This document shows positions 61,245-64,000 of a stretch of 64,000 nucleotides of DNA, one piece after another. The notes below the pieces were generated by a model. That model searched no databases. It saw only the letters and a program-made list of their open reading frames with translations, and was not told the DNA's origin. Position 1 is the first letter of the stretch, and every line of letters begins with the position of its first letter. The stretch comes from Callorhinchus milii (taxonomy: Eukaryota). Location: contig NW_024704743.1 in the NCBI RefSeq assembly GCF_018977255.1, positions 7,256,001 to 7,320,000 on the forward strand. The letters run 5' to 3'. The position numbers were made by a program, and so were the translations under genes.

Positions 61245-62100
61245 AGTTTACAGCGCAAAAGGAGGACATTTGCCCCATCGAGTTTCAACTGGCTCTCATT
61301 CAATCCCACTTCCCTGCCTTATCCCTATATCCTTTCAAGCCTTTGTTTCATATATTCGGAGTCCTGTAGCTCAGTGGTTAGAGCACTCGCTTTGCAAGCG
61401 AGAGACCTGAGTTCAATTCCAGGCAGAGGGCGAAACCTTGGGTAAGTTTCCTTACTCCACACAGAGCCTAATAATAATCCCTCCAAAATCCAAAAACAAT
61501 AATAAATTGGTCATTTTCAATCTACGACTGTTTGTGGGACATTGCTGTGCGCAATTGGCTGCCACGTTCGGCCACAAATATACAGTCAATTCACTTTACA
61601 GTGTGTTCTGTGAAGCGCTTTGGGACGTCCTCCTGACGTGAAAAGCGCTATATCAAATGCAAGGATTATTATTATTATTATTATACCTCTCTCCTTCCTG
61701 TTTGAAACCCACAATGGACTCTGTCCCTACCATCTTACTTGGAGGGACATTTCACAAGCTATGTACACCCTTCTCAACCTTCTCTGCTGCATGAAAACAG
61801 ACCCATTTTTTCAACCTCTCCTAACTATAGACCCTTATTCCTGGTATAATTCTTGTAAACCTCCTTTGGAACCTTCAAAGGCTTCAATATCGTTTCTGAG
61901 TGAGGTGCCCATAACTTAGCACAGTGCTCCAATTGTGGCCTAGCCAATGATTTGTACAAAGTGAGTGTTATTGCTTTACTTTTGTACTCTATGTTCGCAA
62001 GTATAAAACACAGCTTTTCGTAGCCCTTTCCATCTGTGCTGCCACTTATAAGGATTTATGGGTCTGAACTCCCCAAGTGCCTTTGCTCCTCTGCTCCTTG
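61245..62100 (-). mobile_element. degraded CR1 3' region hosting a young SINE
   Basis: Reverse complement contains ATAGAGTACAAAAG, AGGCCACAATTGGAGCACTGTG and the CR1 3' UTR GATGGGGCAAATG. Confidence 0.7.
61358..61684 (+). mobile_element. young tRNA-derived SINE, full length, nested in CR1
   Basis: Same consensus as 2049-2380, ending in an (ATT)n tail. Confidence 0.92.
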
Positions 62101-62676
62101 CAAGAGTCATAAAGAGTTTCGCCCACAAAATACACAGTCACACCACTTTACAGTATATCCTGTGAAGCACTTTGAGATGTCTCGATGATGTGTTAAGAAT
62201 TGTTATTATTTTTATTATTAATTCTTTGAAAAGGGAGTTAGATAGAAACAGTACTTGTAAAAGAGGAACATGTAAGGGTATGGTCTGTATAGAGAGTAAG
62301 TAGGAGTGTTGGATTAGACTAAATGGCATATTTGCAGAAAGAAAAGCACAGATTTAATTGGGCCAAAAAGTTTGTTTCTCCGGTCTAAGATTCTAAGGGA
62401 AAAACTGCGGTATCCCTAAAAGGATTCCGTACATTAATTATCCTGGCAGTACTTAAAGGCTTGAATGGTTTACAAATACCACAATTTTGACTCCTTTGAT
62501 TCAAACTGTTCAAAAGATTTCCTCCCGCAATTTCTGTTCTTAACTGATTGTAACTCATAGGAGTTGGAGAAAACTACCTATGTTCAAATTATAGCACTGT
62601 ACAGTAATATTGTGTACTGCACACTCAGCATGTTTCACTTTCTCACCTCGCTGTAACATCAGCACAGAGTTTGTCA

Positions 62677-63093
62677 GCCTGGCTCAGTGGTAGCACTCTG
62701 GCCTCTGAGTCAGAAGGTTGTGGGTTCAAGTCCCACATTGGGAGTTGAACTCACATAGTCTAAGATGACACTCCAATGCAGTGCTTTGGGGGTTACACTG
62801 TTGTGCCGTCCTACGGATGAGACACTAAACCAAGGTCCCATCTGCCTGTTCAGGCGGTCGTTGAAGGTCCCATAGCACTATTCAAGAAGAGAAGGGAGTT
62901 TCTCCCAATGTCCTGGTCAACAATCCCCCAAATAAAATTGGTCTTTCGATTCATGGCTGTTTGTGGGACATTGCAAATTAGCTGCCGCATTTGCCCACCA
63001 ATACACAGTCAATCTATTTCACAGTAAATCCTTGTGAAGCCGTTTGGGATGTCCTTCCGACTTGAAACGTGCTATAGCAAATGCAAGGATAAT
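62677..63093 (+). mobile_element. ancient tRNA-headed Deu-domain SINE (AmnSINE1/SacSINE1-like), near full length
   Basis: TGGCTCAGTGGTAGCACTC head; GTGCCGTCC..GGATGAGAC..TAAACCAAGGTCC...CCCATAGCACTATT..GAAGAGAAGGGAG...GTCCTGG..GCTGTTTGTGGGA Deu-type body; L2-like tail. Other copies at about 3270-3660, 17450-17735, 32960-33262, 38800-39078, 56500-56885 and 63725-63990. Confidence 0.75.
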
Positions 63094-64000
63094 TCTTCAG
63101 TGGCGCTGCAAGTTTGCAGAATATGCCTTTGAATGTGAATCAGGAAGAAGTTATTATATTGTAATGTTGTGGGTACTGAAACTTTTGTGGTCAAACTAGC
63201 CAAAAAGGCTGGCTTCCTCTCCCAGACTGAAATTTGTTATTTTTGTGATATTAATTGGTTCCTTACCTTTAGCTCTCTTAACTGGTTGCCCTCCAGTGCC
63301 CAGCCCAAATGGCCATTGTTCGTGTGTGAGCCTTGGCAGCGATTGTTGGCAGGTAACACTCCACTGTAAAGGGCACCACAGCTGAGCTTGAATACTTTTC
63401 ACCCAGCCGGCACACTTGCGCACAACCAATAAAAGTGGCTGAAGAGGGAAGAGGGATGAGAATCAGGAGAGTCTGTTTTTCCCCTCCCCAACCATGGAAA
63501 GACCATGGCCAATGAAACCTCCCTATGAAGGCCTGTCTGACTGTTCATACCACTAAATAGCCTTGTTAGGCTGGTTAGCAGTAAACTTACACATGCTATA
63601 CATAGTCAAATCCACTTTACAATATATTCTGTGAAGCGTTTTGAGACGTCTCAACAATGTGATAAGGCACTATATCAAATGCAAGGATTATTATTATTAT
63701 ACAATGAGTAGACATGCGTGTCATCTTGACTCATTTAGTAACATTCTCACCTCTGGGTCAGAAGGTTGTGGGTTCAAACCACAAGTCAAGGTTTTGAGCT
63801 CATGCAGTGTTATTAGATGTGCTGTCCTTTGAATGAAATCTTAAACTGAGGATCTATTTGCCTGTTTAATTAGACATTAAAGATCCTATTACACTATGTG
63901 AAAAGTAAAGGGAGTTTTGCCCACAGCCCTGGCCAACAATAGCCCAGGTAAATTGATTATTCACTTGATGACTAAATGTGGAACCTGCGATATGAAAATT

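Noticed and set aside
61358..61430. tRNA-Ala(TGC)-like sequence (also at 2310-2380, 49705-49776, 52488 and 55947)
   Set aside because: It is the SINE head: the acceptor and T stems do not pair properly, and it runs directly into the SINE body and tail.
32000..64000. Exons of a neighbouring gene (e.g. WAC, adjacent to BAMBI in mammals)
   Set aside because: No ORF or exon with recognisable similarity seen; very short exons could have been missed.

Overview
Vertebrate genomic DNA. The repeat content (tRNA-derived Deu-type SINEs with (ATT)n tails, L2 with (TTG)n tails, CR1) suggests a cartilaginous fish, probably a chimaera; this is an inference. One protein-coding gene is supported: BAMBI (BMP and activin membrane-bound inhibitor) on the minus strand. 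It has three coding exons (28582-28507, 24949-24665, 23724/23727-23306; 259-260 aa) and a CpG-island promoter packed with PBX/TALE decamers, CCAAT boxes and GC boxes. The rest is non-coding and dominated by retroelements: several SINE generations, L2 and CR1 fragments, a solo LTR, and a ~620-bp poly(A)-ended, TSD-flanked non-coding element I could not assign. There are also hairpins, mini- and microsatellites and candidate BAMBI enhancers. Nearly all ORFs in the supplied track are repeat-derived or spurious. Repeat boundaries were set by eye and are approximate; family names come from recalled consensus features, not from a database search.
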